Shown in pieces: positions 11,135 to 22,779 of a stretch of DNA of 64,000 bases; the stretch's first letter is position 1; each line of letters begins with the position of its first letter. The position numbers and the translations under genes are program-made. The notes beneath the pieces were generated by a model, which worked only from the letters and a program-made list of their open reading frames with translations, was not told the DNA's origin and did no database searches. The stretch is from Eutreptiella sp. 'Long Island Sound 2002' (taxonomy: Eukaryota; Protista; Euglenida): NCBI GenBank assembly GCA_964036045.1, contig OZ038379.1, positions 14,136,001 through 14,200,000 on the forward strand, in the 5' to 3' direction.

Positions 11135-12098
11135 TCTAGTCTCGTCTAGTCGACTCTAGTATCGTCTCGTCTCCTCTCGTCTCCTCTCCTCTCCTCTCCT
11201 CTCCTCTCCTCTCCTCTCCTCTCCTCTCCTCTCCTCTCCTCTCCTCTCCTCTCCTCTCCTCTCCTCTCCTCTCCTCTCCTCTCCTCTCCTCTCGTCTCAT
11301 CCACAGTTGGGGGGCTTACCTGTGAGGCCTGACAACCCCCCCCCCTCCCCCCCTTCCCCCCCCCTCTGGACCCCCCAACCCATACTAGTCAGCACCTGGT
11401 TAGAAGCAACTTGGGCGCCAACAGCGCCCGGAAAATTTTTTTGAGCCCGGAAAATTTGCAACACACTTGATTTCCCCCCACTTGTTTACATTCAAAATGC
11501 TCACAATGAGTTAGGGAATGCCGTGCGACATGCCTTCTTCTGCTGGCCGGGAGGCCTTTGCTGATTCACAGGTACATCTGTTGGAATATGGTACTGTTTT
11601 TCAGTCGTTGTGAGGGGTAAAACCAAATTTCACTCCATTTGTGTATATTCAAAATGCTCAGAATGAAACGGGGAATTCAAAAATGCCCCCAAAACGGAGA
11701 AAATTTATCGACACCCACCCCCCCCCTCCCGGACCCCTCGACACCAACGCTGCGGGGGTTGGTGTCTAGAACTGAGCTGCAGACCCCCCCCCCCGTGGTC
11801 TCGTCTCCTCTCGTCTCGTCTGCTCTCGTCTCGTCTGCTCTCGTCTCGTCTCGTCTGCTCTCGTCTCTTCTCCCCTCGTCTGGTCTCCTCTCCTCTCGTC
11901 TTATCTCGTCTGGTCTCCTCTCGTCTCCTCTCCTCTCGTCAGGTCTCCGTCTCCTCTCCTCTCCTCTCCTCTCCTCTCCTCTCGTCTCGTGTCGTATCCT
12001 CTCCTCTCATCTCCTCTCCTCTCGTCTCATGTCGTCTCGTCTCGTCTCGTCTCGTCTCGTTTGCTCTCGTCTCATCTCGTCTCGTCTCGTCTCGTTCC
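11135..12098 (+). repeat. (CTCGT)n / (CTCCT)n pentamer microsatellites at about 11135-11298 and 11796-12095
   Basis: Direct reading; the interval between them is other dispersed repeat sequence. Confidence 0.93.
11704..11880. repeat. Short dispersed element abutting (CTCGT)n, copy 1
   Basis: TTTATCGAC.CCCACCCC..GGACCCCTCGACACCAACGCTGCGGGGGTTGGTGTCTAGAACTGAG.TGCAGACCCCCCCGTGGTCTCGTC is near-identical to 13485-13660. Confidence 0.88.
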
Positions 12099-12687
12099 GT
12101 GTAGTGTAGTGTAGTGTAGTGTAGTGTAGTTTAGTGTAGTGTGGTGTAGTGTAGTGTAGAGTAGAGTAGTGTAGTGCAGTGTAGTGTAGTGTAGTGTAGT
12201 GTAGTGTAGTGTAGTGTAGTGTAGTGTAGTGTAGTGTAGTGTAGTGTAGTGTAGTGTAGTGTAGTGTAGTGTAGTGTAGTGTAGTGTAGTGTAGTGTAGT
12301 GTAGTGTAGTGTAGTGTAGTGTAGTGTAGTGTAGTGTAGTGTAGTGTAGTGTAGTGTAGTGTAGTGTAGTGTAGTGTAGTGTAGTGTGGTGCAGTGTAGT
12401 GTAGTGTAGTGTAGTGTAGTGTAGTGTAGTGTAGTGTAGTGTAGTGTAGTGTAGTGTAGTGTAGTGTAGTGTAGTGTAGTGTAGTGTAGTGTGGTGCAGT
12501 GTAGTGTAGTGTAGTGTAGTGTAGTGTAGTGTAGTGTAGTGTAGTGTAGTGTAGTGTAGTGTAGTGTAGTGTAGTGTAGTGTAGTGTAGTGTAGTGTAGT
12601 GTAGTGTAGTGTAGTGTAGTGTAGTGTAGTGTAGTGTAGTGTAGTGTAGTGTAGTGTAGTGTAGTGTAGTGTAGTGTAGTGTAGTGT
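12099..12687 (+). repeat. (GTAGT)n pentamer microsatellite, about 118 nearly perfect units
   Basis: Direct reading. Confidence 0.98.
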
Positions 12688-12846
12688 GGTCCACAGCATA
12701 TCAGCTTCGCTTTGCTTTCCTCACTGACCCCGCTCCCTTTCTTTTGAAGTGACTGGGCGATTTTTTTAGCACCTTCGGCCGCCATCTGCGCCGCGGAATT
12801 TCCTTCGTCACCACCACCACCCCCCCGCCCCCCCTCTCTTCCGCAG

Positions 12847-13456
12847 GTACTGGACGGCCCCCCTGGACTGCATCGACGGGCTGTGCGCTTTCCTCTCCGT
12901 CGCCGGGCTGTTCTTCGTCTGGACCAAGACGTTCCGGGTCGTGCGGGTCATGCGGCTGCTCACGCACATGGAGGGCCCGCGGCGGGTGGTGGTGGCCCTG
13001 GCCGCCTCTCTCCCGGTCGTGTCGGGCATCGTGGTGCTCATCCTCCTGCTCTGGTTCCCCGCCGCCGTCATCGGCGTGCACCTCTTCCAGGGCCTCTACT
13101 GGACCTGCAGCCGCGTGCCCTACGTCGCGGAGGCGGCGGAGCTGCCGGAGGGGCAGGCGGACTGCGCGGCGCACTGGGTGCGGATGCTGCCCAACTTCGA
13201 CAACTTCTTCACGGCGATCCGGACGGCGCACATCCTGAGCACAGGGGAGGACTGGACGCGCATCATGTGGAGCAGTATCGACCGCGTGGCGCCGGGGGGG
13301 GCGCGGGTCCCGGACTCGCACCTCTTCTACGGGCTGTACTTCGTGATCTTCTACTTCTTTGGGGGGCTGATGCCGATGCAGATGGTGGTGGGCGCCATCG
13401 TGGACCACTTCAACTGCCGGGACGCGAGGGCCATGTTGATGACGGCGCAGCAGCAG
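12847..13456 (+). CDS. Channel exon: domain III S3-S6
   Basis: Acceptor TTCCGCAG| (phase 2). YWTAPLDCIDGL (S3), KTFRVVRVMRLL (S4), NFDNFFTAIRTAHILSTGEDW (pore, filter E), FYGLYFVIFYFFGGLMPMQMVVGAIVDHF (S6). Ends MTAQQQ at a GC donor. Confidence 0.93.
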
Positions 13457-13484
13457 GCGTGTGCCCCTCCCCCGGCCTCCCCCT

Positions 13485-13660
13485 TTTATCGACCCCCACC
13501 CCCCCCTCCCGGACCCCTCGACACCAACGCTGCGGGGGTTGGTGTCTAGAACTGAGTTGCAGACCCCCCCGTGGTCTCGTCTCCTCTCGTCTCGTCTGCT
13601 CTCGTCTCGTCTGCTCTCGTCTCGTCTCGTCTGCTCTCGTCTCCTCTCCCCTCGTCTGGT
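13485..13660. repeat. Short dispersed element abutting (CTCGT)n, copy 2
   Basis: Matches 11704-11880; starts about 30 bp after the GC donor. Confidence 0.88.
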
Positions 13661-14954
13661 CTCCCTGCCCCTCCGTTTCGCACTCCTCACCATTCTCCTC
13701 CCCCCCCCTCCCCCCCCCTCCCCCTCCCCCTCTTCCCTCCCCCATTGCCCTCCCCGAGCGTCCCAGTCATCGAGCGGTCGGGATGCCGGGTGCTTGTAAG
13801 AACCTCCAGTTCGATTCCCGGGGGGAGGGGGGGGGAGTACAGGTCGTGCCGCGCTGGGTCTGTGAAACAATGCCTGGCAGCCCCCAGCACGGGCCCCGGT
13901 AGTGGAGAGGGAAGGTACGGAACTGGTACGCGCCCAGGCACACCACCCACGTACGCTTGAAGCGGGAGGGAGGGGTACCCCCCCTGTTCCAGGTGGCGGT
14001 CGGCCCCGCCCACCACGTCTGTCCGCCCTCCACGCCCCCCCCCCCCCCCCCCACCGGGTTGTACCTGCCAGAAATCGCCTTCCAACCGCTTTCCCCACCG
14101 CCAGTCACCGCTCTTCCGACCACTGCTGCACCCCCCCCCCCCCCCCCTTTCGCCCCTCCCTCCCCAGGGACGCATTGGAAGGGGTGGGAAGCCCCTTCCC
14201 CCCCCCTCTCCAGGGCCCAGCCTACGCCCAGCCACTGCCTCCCCTGATGGCAAGTGCCAGCTTCAATGGCATTTGTCACGGACAGGAACCGCCCCTAACC
14301 ACTTTGGCAACGTTCCGCAACCCCCTATCTAACCGCGTCTGAGGCCCCTTTCCTTCTAATGGAGCCCTGCCCCTCCCTCCGAATCCTCGCTACACTTCCT
14401 CGGGGGGTTTCAAGGCGCTGTGCTCAGCGGCAGGGCGCATATGCGCGGGTGGTCTGCTGCATTGCCGTTGAGCCTCACGATCGGTGCCATGAGTACTGAC
14501 CCTCTGCTGTGCCCCTTCCCTGGGCCCCACTCCCGCCCCCTCCGCATCATGTTTCAAGGTGCCATCCCCTCCGCCCCCCAAAAGGGGGCTTGCGGGGAAA
14601 GGGGGCTCCCCTGACTGAGCAGTACTACCGGTGGAACAAAAAGGCGATTTTGTGCCCACCGTTTGCTATTTGGGCGTGGCGGTCGGCGGGTGACGGCTCA
14701 GCGTCTCTACAAGTGTGAGCGGGGTAGTGCCCCTTAGGGCCAGACCTCGTTTATTTTGCATCGTTTGAGTCATCTCAACAGGTTTTGTAGGTTTTGTGGC
14801 ACATCCATCGCTAGAGGGGGGGGGGGAAGAAGATCACGGATGGCCAGGGACGCCCCGGGCTCCGCATCAGGTCTTCGGCATTCAGAAGTCGCATTGCCCA
14901 TCCCCCTTGTGAAGCTGGGGGCAGAAAACGGCCTCAGTCACAGGAGCCCCTTTT

Positions 14955-15582
<628 letters not shown>

Positions 15583-17313
15583 GTTATTGTTATTGTCTGA
15601 GCGGTGTATGTTTAGGGAGGTATTCCCCAAGGGAGAACGGCAGTCACCTCCCGTATGACGGCGTGAGCTATATGTGCCACGCGCTCGGGAGGACTACGCA
15701 CCCCCACCGCCGGCCCCCGTACCTCGTACTGGCCCCTTTAGGCGGCCGCGGGGTGGCTTGCCCGCTGCTTTTGCCGGTGAGGGAAGACTGTTCCGAGAGC
15801 CGGCACTGCTTCGGTTCTCTCGGACTACATTGATTTGATGTTGGGTGATAGGTATTTCTTGGGGTGGGTGAGTATGCTTCTCGCCTTTGGGACTTGGGTG
15901 ATTGAATTTTGCTGCATATAGTCAGTGGTCGTGGTTTGGTGCTCGGGTTGTTACTCTGTTGGGGATTCTGATTTTTTTTTTTATGGCATGACATTGTGCA
16001 TTATTCATTTTCACACTCGATTCACATCATGCTGCTTTTGCTTTCTTATGGATGGGCGGTGGGTCATAGTCTGAGCATGTATATTGGGGTTGAGAGAAGG
16101 ATGGGGGGTTTTGCCTGCTTTCGATTGATGCATTGAGGATTACGGGCATGACATGTCAGGAAGCATCGCACGCATTGCACATTGAACATTGAAGGCATGT
16201 GAGCATATGAGCATCGTCTGTCATTCTTCGAGGTTTGAATCAGGCACTTGTATTGTTTTTGAGTTAGTGGGTCAGCTTGGCGGTTGGCAGATGGGGATTG
16301 CATCAGAGAGAAGACGGGAGGGACATGAGAGACATTCTTTCAGCATCTGTTTCTATCACTGGAGTGAGTCGGCGGGTCTATGGAGTAGGGAGAGGACGAA
16401 TCAGATTCTGACGGAGGTGACATGCTTCTTGAGCATTCAGCGAGTCTGGTACATTGGCACATTCGTTCTGAGGGCGTCGTCTATTGGCATTGACTCTGTG
16501 AGATTGGCATGCAGTGGGTCAAATCAGGTGGAGTTGCAACATTTCTTTTGATAGCGGAGAGCACATTTCCAGTTCTTTGGTACTTTTGTACACAATTCTT
16601 TCATCGGACTTGGGTGTGTTGATTCTTGTAGAGGATCTCTAGCATCAATCGACAACGGATGAGATGATTCGGATGGGGTTGCAACATTTCTTTGGCATGC
16701 AAGATTCTGTCCCTGATTCTTTGACTCACTTGTGCTTAATTCTTTCACAGGGCTTGAGGGCATCAGGCACTTGTGTTGTTTTTGAGTTTGTGGGACAGCA
16801 TGCCGATTAGCAATGAGAGTTTGCATCAGGAGGAGGATGGGCACATGGGAGGCATTCTTTCTGCACCTGTATCTGTCACTGGAGTGGGTCAGCTGGCTTG
16901 TGGAGTGGGGAGTGGACAAATCTGATGGAGGTGTCATGCTTCTTGAGCATTTAGCGTGTCTGGTTCATTGGTACATTCGTTCTGGGGGCATCGTCTATCG
17001 GCACGGACTCTGTGAGGTTAGCACACAGTGGGTTGAATCAGGTGGGGTTGCAACAGCGGAGAGCACATTTCCAATTCTTTGGTACTTTCGTCAATCGGCA
17101 ACGAAAGAGATGAATCGGATGGGGTGGCAACTTTTCTTTGACATGCAGGATCTTGACCCTGATTCTTTGACACACTTGTGCTCGAATTCTTTCACAGGTC
17201 TTGAGGACATGAGTTCTTTTTCAGATCAGTGGGGGGAGCAGCATTGGTTAGCAAGAGATGGGTTAGAGCGGAGGAAGGGACCAAGCATGAATTCATTCGC
17301 AGAGTGAGTTTCT

Positions 17314-20300
17314 TTACTCTGAGTCCCAGTACTCCGAGTCGTCAGATTCTAGGATTGACTCTGGGGCAGATTCGCTGGCGGAAGATGAGACTTCATCCCA
17401 ATTGGGAGGTGGCGGCTCAGGGTCGTGTCGTTGATCGTGTGGATTACATGGCCATTCGTCTTGTAGCAGGACAAGCGTGAGTTTGGGTGCTAGAGAGATA
17501 AGCAGTTCTCTGCTGAACATGATGTACAATTCACCTGTGGCACGAAAAGTTATCATGCTGGTTCTGATTTGCTCGTTCTGCGGGGACATCATGGAGATGT
17601 ATACTGCTCGAGGATCATGTTCAGGTCTAGGGCAGGCAATGCACGCATGAAAGGGTGTGGGGTTGAGTGAGGGAGGAAGCAGATTCAGAGGGACTGGGTT
17701 TAACGCTTCCTGATGAGGTTGTGCACTGCGGCCTGCAAAATTGTATGCTGCAGCAATGACGCAGAGATTCCATTGCGGGCTGAGCACTGGCCATCCTACT
17801 GGATCTGATTCTTTCAGCAGGTTCTCTCTCCGGATCAGTGGAGGCCAGCGTCGTCTTCTTCCCAGCCCATTCAAATACTTTGCACTCAAGGTGACCGCCT
17901 CCTCGGTTGATAGAGAAGCTTCTTTTGATCGCAGCACTATTCCTGACCATGTGATGCATGTACTCAGAGCGGACCATTGATGTGCATTTTCAATGAGGAA
18001 ATCTGGTACCAAGCCCCATTCTTGTTGTTCTCCTTCTTGATGTGTTGCAAAGTGGGCTGGGGATTTCCATTCCACTGTGTGTCCCAATGCTGCTAGATGG
18101 TGAGCAACTTCTGTGAATGACCACATACATAGCATGGGAAGAATTAGACACGACCATTGCATGTGTGTGCCCCATCCTGTGTCCAAAGAGCGGCAGAAAG
18201 CACAAGAGAATTCTTCTTTTGTTCCTTCATGACAGTACGGTATGGTTCGTATCCAGTAGGCCACCGTGAGCCCCTCGTTCGTATACTTTCCTTGAGTGAC
18301 TCCTCTGCGCCATATTACTTTGCTTTTGGGATCTCCGAGATGAAAGTCTGGGCGTAAGGAGCTGTTGTAGGCTTCATCAAGAACATGCACCACGTTAGCT
18401 GCAAGTGTGCCATGATGAAAGCAGAGCATCGTGTCGTCTAGTGATTCTGGCATGGGTACTTGTCCTGCTATTGCATTCTTCAGGGCATGCTTGGCCGTGT
18501 CGTCAGTGTCCTTCTGCCATAACGCGACTTGTGTCTTGCTTTTGGTGTTGTGCTTGGCTGGGATATAGAATTCTGGTACGTGGTTCTCACTCAGGAATGT
18601 GGCGTATTGACGTCGGTAGCCGTCTATCCAGGCACATTTGGAGGGTTTGCCCCCATCTCCTCCGTGCATTGCTGCAAGATTGTCCGAGATGGCTCCAAGC
18701 ACTTGATGTGGGTTGATGTCGTACTTTTCCAGTAGTAGATAGGCAAGAAATTTGCCGCACCACTCTGCCACCCAGCTGCTGCCGCCTTTACATAGCACTT
18801 TGGAATATGCTCTTATGGCTACTCCTTGCTCATCAATCACCAGCGCTGACCACGCATGATCATCTTCTTTCTTGGCCCCATCAGACATCAGGATGATTCC
18901 GCCTCTTGGAGAGTGGATTACTTCGATTGCAATTGGAGATTCTGTAAGGTCGTACGGTAAGTGGAATGAGATGCCGTAGCTGGCCATCCATTGTTGCGCT
19001 GTGATCCAGTCTGGGTGGGTTGGCACTTGCTGTGACGGGTACAGCATGATGGTGCGGATGGTTTCCCTGGTGTAGGTGCTTCTGCTGTTACATGCAGAGA
19101 AGAGACCCTTGATGTATTGCAGCTGGAGGCGGGTGAAGATGTGGGGGACTGCAAAGCCGAGATCGTCTATGCTGGCCCATAGCATCTTGTTGGGGGTGCG
19201 CACCGGGATGCAGAGCGTTTTGCAGGCTATTCTTTTGATCTGTATCTGCTGGGGTTGTACTTGTTCTGCTCGTGCTGGGATGGCAGAGAAGACGTAGTCT
19301 ACCACTGAGATTGTGTATGTGACGAGAATTCGGAGAACTAGTATCAGTGAGGGTTGGAGTCTCCCTAGTGATCCTTGCAGTACTTTGAGGCGTGTGGTGA
19401 ATTTATCAATGGCAGTTTGCGGCTGCTCATTGGGCAGAAGAGGTATCCCTGTCATTTTTAGGCCTGAGCATTGCAGATTGAATTTGTCTTGCATCGTGTC
19501 CACCGTGTCCTCGATGTACTTTAGTTCTCTCGGGTTCTTGGGTTCTACTCCAAATATCTGCACTTTCCTGCATTGAGAAGAACCTCCTGTCGACCAGCAT
19601 CCTTGACTGTAAACATGGAACATGTGGGCAGCGTCTTCCAAGGTAGAGGTGAATCCTCTGCGGTCGTCGCTGTATACAATCTCCAGTACTTTGATGCTGC
19701 TGTTCCACGGGGCAGGGAGGCATTTGAAGGCATGTTCTGGTGCTCTGCTGGAGAGGTCTGATGGGTTGCGCTGTTGACTCAGGACTCCGTTGTGAAACCT
19801 GGTCCTGGCACAGGTGGTGGTTGCGTATAGGCCCACTCCCATGGAGTCACCTTGCGATCCCCCGTGGCGCATGCAGTATGGTTCTGTCAGTCCAAATGGT
19901 GAGACAACATAGATACGAAAGAATCCAAAGAACTGTTCTGCCCAGCGTTCTACTTGAAGCGCTTCTCTGGGGAGTAGTTTGTCCATGTCGTGTCTGATGG
20001 TGTTGCAAAAGGCATTGCTCTCATCCCAGTCGATAATGAACACCTTACCGTTGGTATGGGCATACCACCATGTGAGCCATCTGCAGGTGATCGCGCACAT
20101 CTGGGGTGATAACTGCTTTCTGTAGGCATAGTGAGATGGGGGTGTCCATTGGAACCATTCTGAGCGCTCTTGTTGACGCAGGAAAACGTTGCTGGATTCG
20201 AGACGACGTAGGTAGGGTTCAAGCAGAATGGGTCTGCTATTGGGAATGAGCCAGGAGGGTTTTTTCTTCTTTAGACATAGGTGAAGTACTGCACATAAGA

Positions 20301-22716
20301 GTGGACAGTGACTGCCGTTAGCAAATGCTGCGAGCAGTGTGGAGATGAGTAGCAGACTGAATCCGTCTAGGAGACTCACCAGAGCATGAGGAAGCTGCTC
20401 CAGTGAGGTGGCTTCTGACGATGAGCGACCGACTAGTGCAGTGAGTTCATGGAAATTCGGAGTTTGACCTGCTGCATCGTCGATGGGAAGGCCTGTTCGG
20501 GTTCTTTGGAGTCTGTTCATGTGGGCGATGAAGTCAACTGTATCTTCAGGTTGGTCCGTGTCCAATTTCATGCCTTTCTTGAGGTGCTCATAATCTAATC
20601 GGATTCCCGGACGCCCGCTGTACAATTCCTTGGCTTGACGCAGCATCTCTTCCTGAAATTCTTCTTTCTCCTGTGGAAAATACTTGCCATCAGCACTGAT
20701 TTGGTCCACGACTTGGAATTTGTTCTTTTTAAGTTTGATGGCATGAGTTGTTGCGGATGTAATGGATACTCCCTGCAGTTTTTCCAGTGGGATATGCAGC
20801 TTGGACGCCATGGCCTTGTTGTTTCGGTTTTCCCACCACTGGGTAACTGCCACAGAATTTCTTCCATCATGTGCTTGAAGTGCAGCCGCCATTGCTTTGG
20901 CATCTGCCACCGTCAAGGAGAGGTGTGATTTTCTGCGGGGAATTATACAATCCATTACCAGGAAGTACATGTGCATGACGGCTGTGGGGGACCGTTCTGT
21001 AATGTTGGCCCATGCGAATAACAGAGAGCAGATGTTCGCAATCTCTTGAAATTCTTTCTGGTTCAGGTGCCGGAAGTCGTACCTGCGTTGAGATGGATCT
21101 GCCGGCTTCATCTGGTCGCTGTCCATCACCAGGAAATACTGCTGCACTCGGTGAGAGCTGAGGCCTGGCAGTTGGTCTCTGGTGCACGCTACACATGGAG
21201 TACTGTTGTGGGTGAACATCCCATCGATTTCTTTCTCTGAGAGTCCTTTTTTAGTCAGCACTTGATTGGTGGGGTGACCTGTAGCGTACGGACAGTTGAA
21301 TTCTTTCCATTCTTTCGAGAGTGTTTTCTTGAGCCAGCCACGCTTGCTGCGCATAACGTCATCATTCAGATCTCCCTGTATGAATGTGATTGTTGCTTTT
21401 GCGTTTGAGAGGAATGATGCCACAGCCTTGCTGTGTTCTTCTCTGCTGATTGGGCAAATGCCGGGAGGGAAGTGGACTGATGCTACCGCTATGGAAGTCG
21501 GTAGTCCCGGGTTAATGTGGGCGCAGAGGGAGTGCTTTCTGACATGTGTCTTCCATTTCTTTTTCGAGAGTCTTCTCGTGTGCACCAGGATGACCAGGCC
21601 GCCGCCTTTGTATGGATCTGAGGCAACGTGTTGATAGGGGAGTCCGTTGAGCCATCCTTCGGGCATGAGAGCCCACGTTTCTTGAAGACAGACAATGTCC
21701 GGCATTCCCAGGATTAGGTAACAGTACAGCTGATGCAGCTTCTTCTCGAGGCTTCCGCAATTGATGCCCATGATCTGTAAGTCCACCCAGTCTGGGATGT
21801 CTGGGTTGGTCGCGGGTGGTATCATGGTGCTGAATTCTTGGTGCATTTGTGCATATGCACGTTGAATGTGCGGGTGAACATCATTGGGAAGTGAGGGTTT
21901 GCATGGCCACATTCTGCTGTCGGTGATCGGGAAAACTCCTTCGAGCTTGAATGTTCCCAAGTGTATAATGCTGTGTGTCGCCATTTGAGCTGAAATACTT
22001 TCTTGCTTGGGAAGATGCCAGCAGGCACTGATGTGGGGCTGATTCTGTTGATGGGGGGTTGTCAGATGCAGCTTCATGTGGTAACCTGACAGTTTTCCAC
22101 ATTGACGACATTCCGGGCCGTCTGACCATGAAATTGTGTCCTTTGGGTCGTATTCTTGGGCGCAGATCATGATGTATCCGCCTTGAGATTGGAATTGTTG
22201 TACCCGTGTTCTTTCTCGAAAGAGTCGGGCATCAGGTGAGATGATTGTCTGGCACCAGAGGAGTAGGACAGAGTCGCAGGACACTATTGGGTAGGACGGG
22301 GTGAAAGTCTTGTTGTACTGGTTCTCTGATTCCATGTATGCTTGAAGCCATGCATGGATGATTCGAGTCTGACGGAGCACTACTGCTGGGGGAACTCCTT
22401 CTAGATTGGGGATTCTTGTGATGCGATACAGCAGCTCGACTGCTGCCTCTTCTTCTGGGGTTGCTTGATGACAGGGTATGCCATACAGTGCTGGGTTGGG
22501 GCAGTTGCAAAGGGCTGTTGTCTCCTGTGAAGCTGGAGTTCCACATCGTGTACATACATGTAGTAGGGTGGTGTGTTCTGGGTTTGCTCTGGTGTTTTGA
22601 GATGGTGGCTGGAGGGGGTCATGATTGAGATCTGTTGAGCATTTGGTGGACCAGTTGTGTAAGTCTGTCAGGGATGCATCAGCGGTTCTCTTGCTGAGTG
22701 AACCGTGTGGTAGCAA
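17314..22716 (-). CDS. LINE-A ORF2 polyprotein: N-terminal Cys/His region, APE endonuclease, reverse transcriptase, RNase H, Cys-His knuckle, C-terminal extension
   Basis: APE: IMGINCGSL, DIVCLQETW, GGGLVILV, IQGDLND, IDGMF, SSHR. RT: RPILLEPYLRRL, HYAYRKQ, GGSQGDSMG, IVYSDD. RNase H: MSDGA, VAEW, ISDN, KDTDD. Knuckle CAFC..HMQWSC. No internal stops. Confidence 0.95.
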   Translation of the reverse strand: MLPHGSLSKRTADASLTDLHNWSTKCSTDLNHDPLQPPSQNTRANPEHTTLLHVCTRCGTPASQETTALCNCPNPALYGIPCHQATPEEEAAVELLYRITRIPNLEGVPPAVVLRQTRIIHAWLQAYMESENQYNKTFTPSYPIVSCDSVLLLWCQTIISPDARLFRERTRVQQFQSQGGYIMICAQEYDPKDTISWSDGPECRQCGKLSGYHMKLHLTTPHQQNQPHISACWHLPKQESISAQMATHSIIHLGTFKLEGVFPITDSRMWPCKPSLPNDVHPHIQRAYAQMHQEFSTMIPPATNPDIPDWVDLQIMGINCGSLEKKLHQLYCYLILGMPDIVCLQETWALMPEGWLNGLPYQHVASDPYKGGGLVILVHTRRLSKKKWKTHVRKHSLCAHINPGLPTSIAVASVHFPPGICPISREEHSKAVASFLSNAKATITFIQGDLNDDVMRSKRGWLKKTLSKEWKEFNCPYATGHPTNQVLTKKGLSEKEIDGMFTHNSTPCVACTRDQLPGLSSHRVQQYFLVMDSDQMKPADPSQRRYDFRHLNQKEFQEIANICSLLFAWANITERSPTAVMHMYFLVMDCIIPRRKSHLSLTVADAKAMAAALQAHDGRNSVAVTQWWENRNNKAMASKLHIPLEKLQGVSITSATTHAIKLKKNKFQVVDQISADGKYFPQEKEEFQEEMLRQAKELYSGRPGIRLDYEHLKKGMKLDTDQPEDTVDFIAHMNRLQRTRTGLPIDDAAGQTPNFHELTALVGRSSSEATSLEQLPHALVSLLDGFSLLLISTLLAAFANGSHCPLLCAVLHLCLKKKKPSWLIPNSRPILLEPYLRRLESSNVFLRQQERSEWFQWTPPSHYAYRKQLSPQMCAITCRWLTWWYAHTNGKVFIIDWDESNAFCNTIRHDMDKLLPREALQVERWAEQFFGFFRIYVVSPFGLTEPYCMRHGGSQGDSMGVGLYATTTCARTRFHNGVLSQQRNPSDLSSRAPEHAFKCLPAPWNSSIKVLEIVYSDDRRGFTSTLEDAAHMFHVYSQGCWSTGGSSQCRKVQIFGVEPKNPRELKYIEDTVDTMQDKFNLQCSGLKMTGIPLLPNEQPQTAIDKFTTRLKVLQGSLGRLQPSLILVLRILVTYTISVVDYVFSAIPARAEQVQPQQIQIKRIACKTLCIPVRTPNKMLWASIDDLGFAVPHIFTRLQLQYIKGLFSACNSRSTYTRETIRTIMLYPSQQVPTHPDWITAQQWMASYGISFHLPYDLTESPIAIEVIHSPRGGIILMSDGAKKEDDHAWSALVIDEQGVAIRAYSKVLCKGGSSWVAEWCGKFLAYLLLEKYDINPHQVLGAISDNLAAMHGGDGGKPSKCAWIDGYRRQYATFLSENHVPEFYIPAKHNTKSKTQVALWQKDTDDTAKHALKNAIAGQVPMPESLDDTMLCFHHGTLAANVVHVLDEAYNSSLRPDFHLGDPKSKVIWRRGVTQGKYTNEGLTVAYWIRTIPYCHEGTKEEFSCAFCRSLDTGWGTHMQWSCLILPMLCMWSFTEVAHHLAALGHTVEWKSPAHFATHQEGEQQEWGLVPDFLIENAHQWSALSTCITWSGIVLRSKEASLSTEEAVTLSAKYLNGLGRRRRWPPLIRRENLLKESDPVGWPVLSPQWNLCVIAAAYNFAGRSAQPHQEALNPVPLNLLPPSLNPTPFHACIACPRPEHDPRAVYISMMSPQNEQIRTSMITFRATGELYIMFSRELLISLAPKLTLVLLQDEWPCNPHDQRHDPEPPPPNWDEVSSSASESAPESILESDDSEYWDSE

Positions 22717-22779
22717 GTTATCCGTGTAACGTATGATTAGTGCAGAGCACGATGTGGATTTGGGGAGGGCGAGGGGGAT

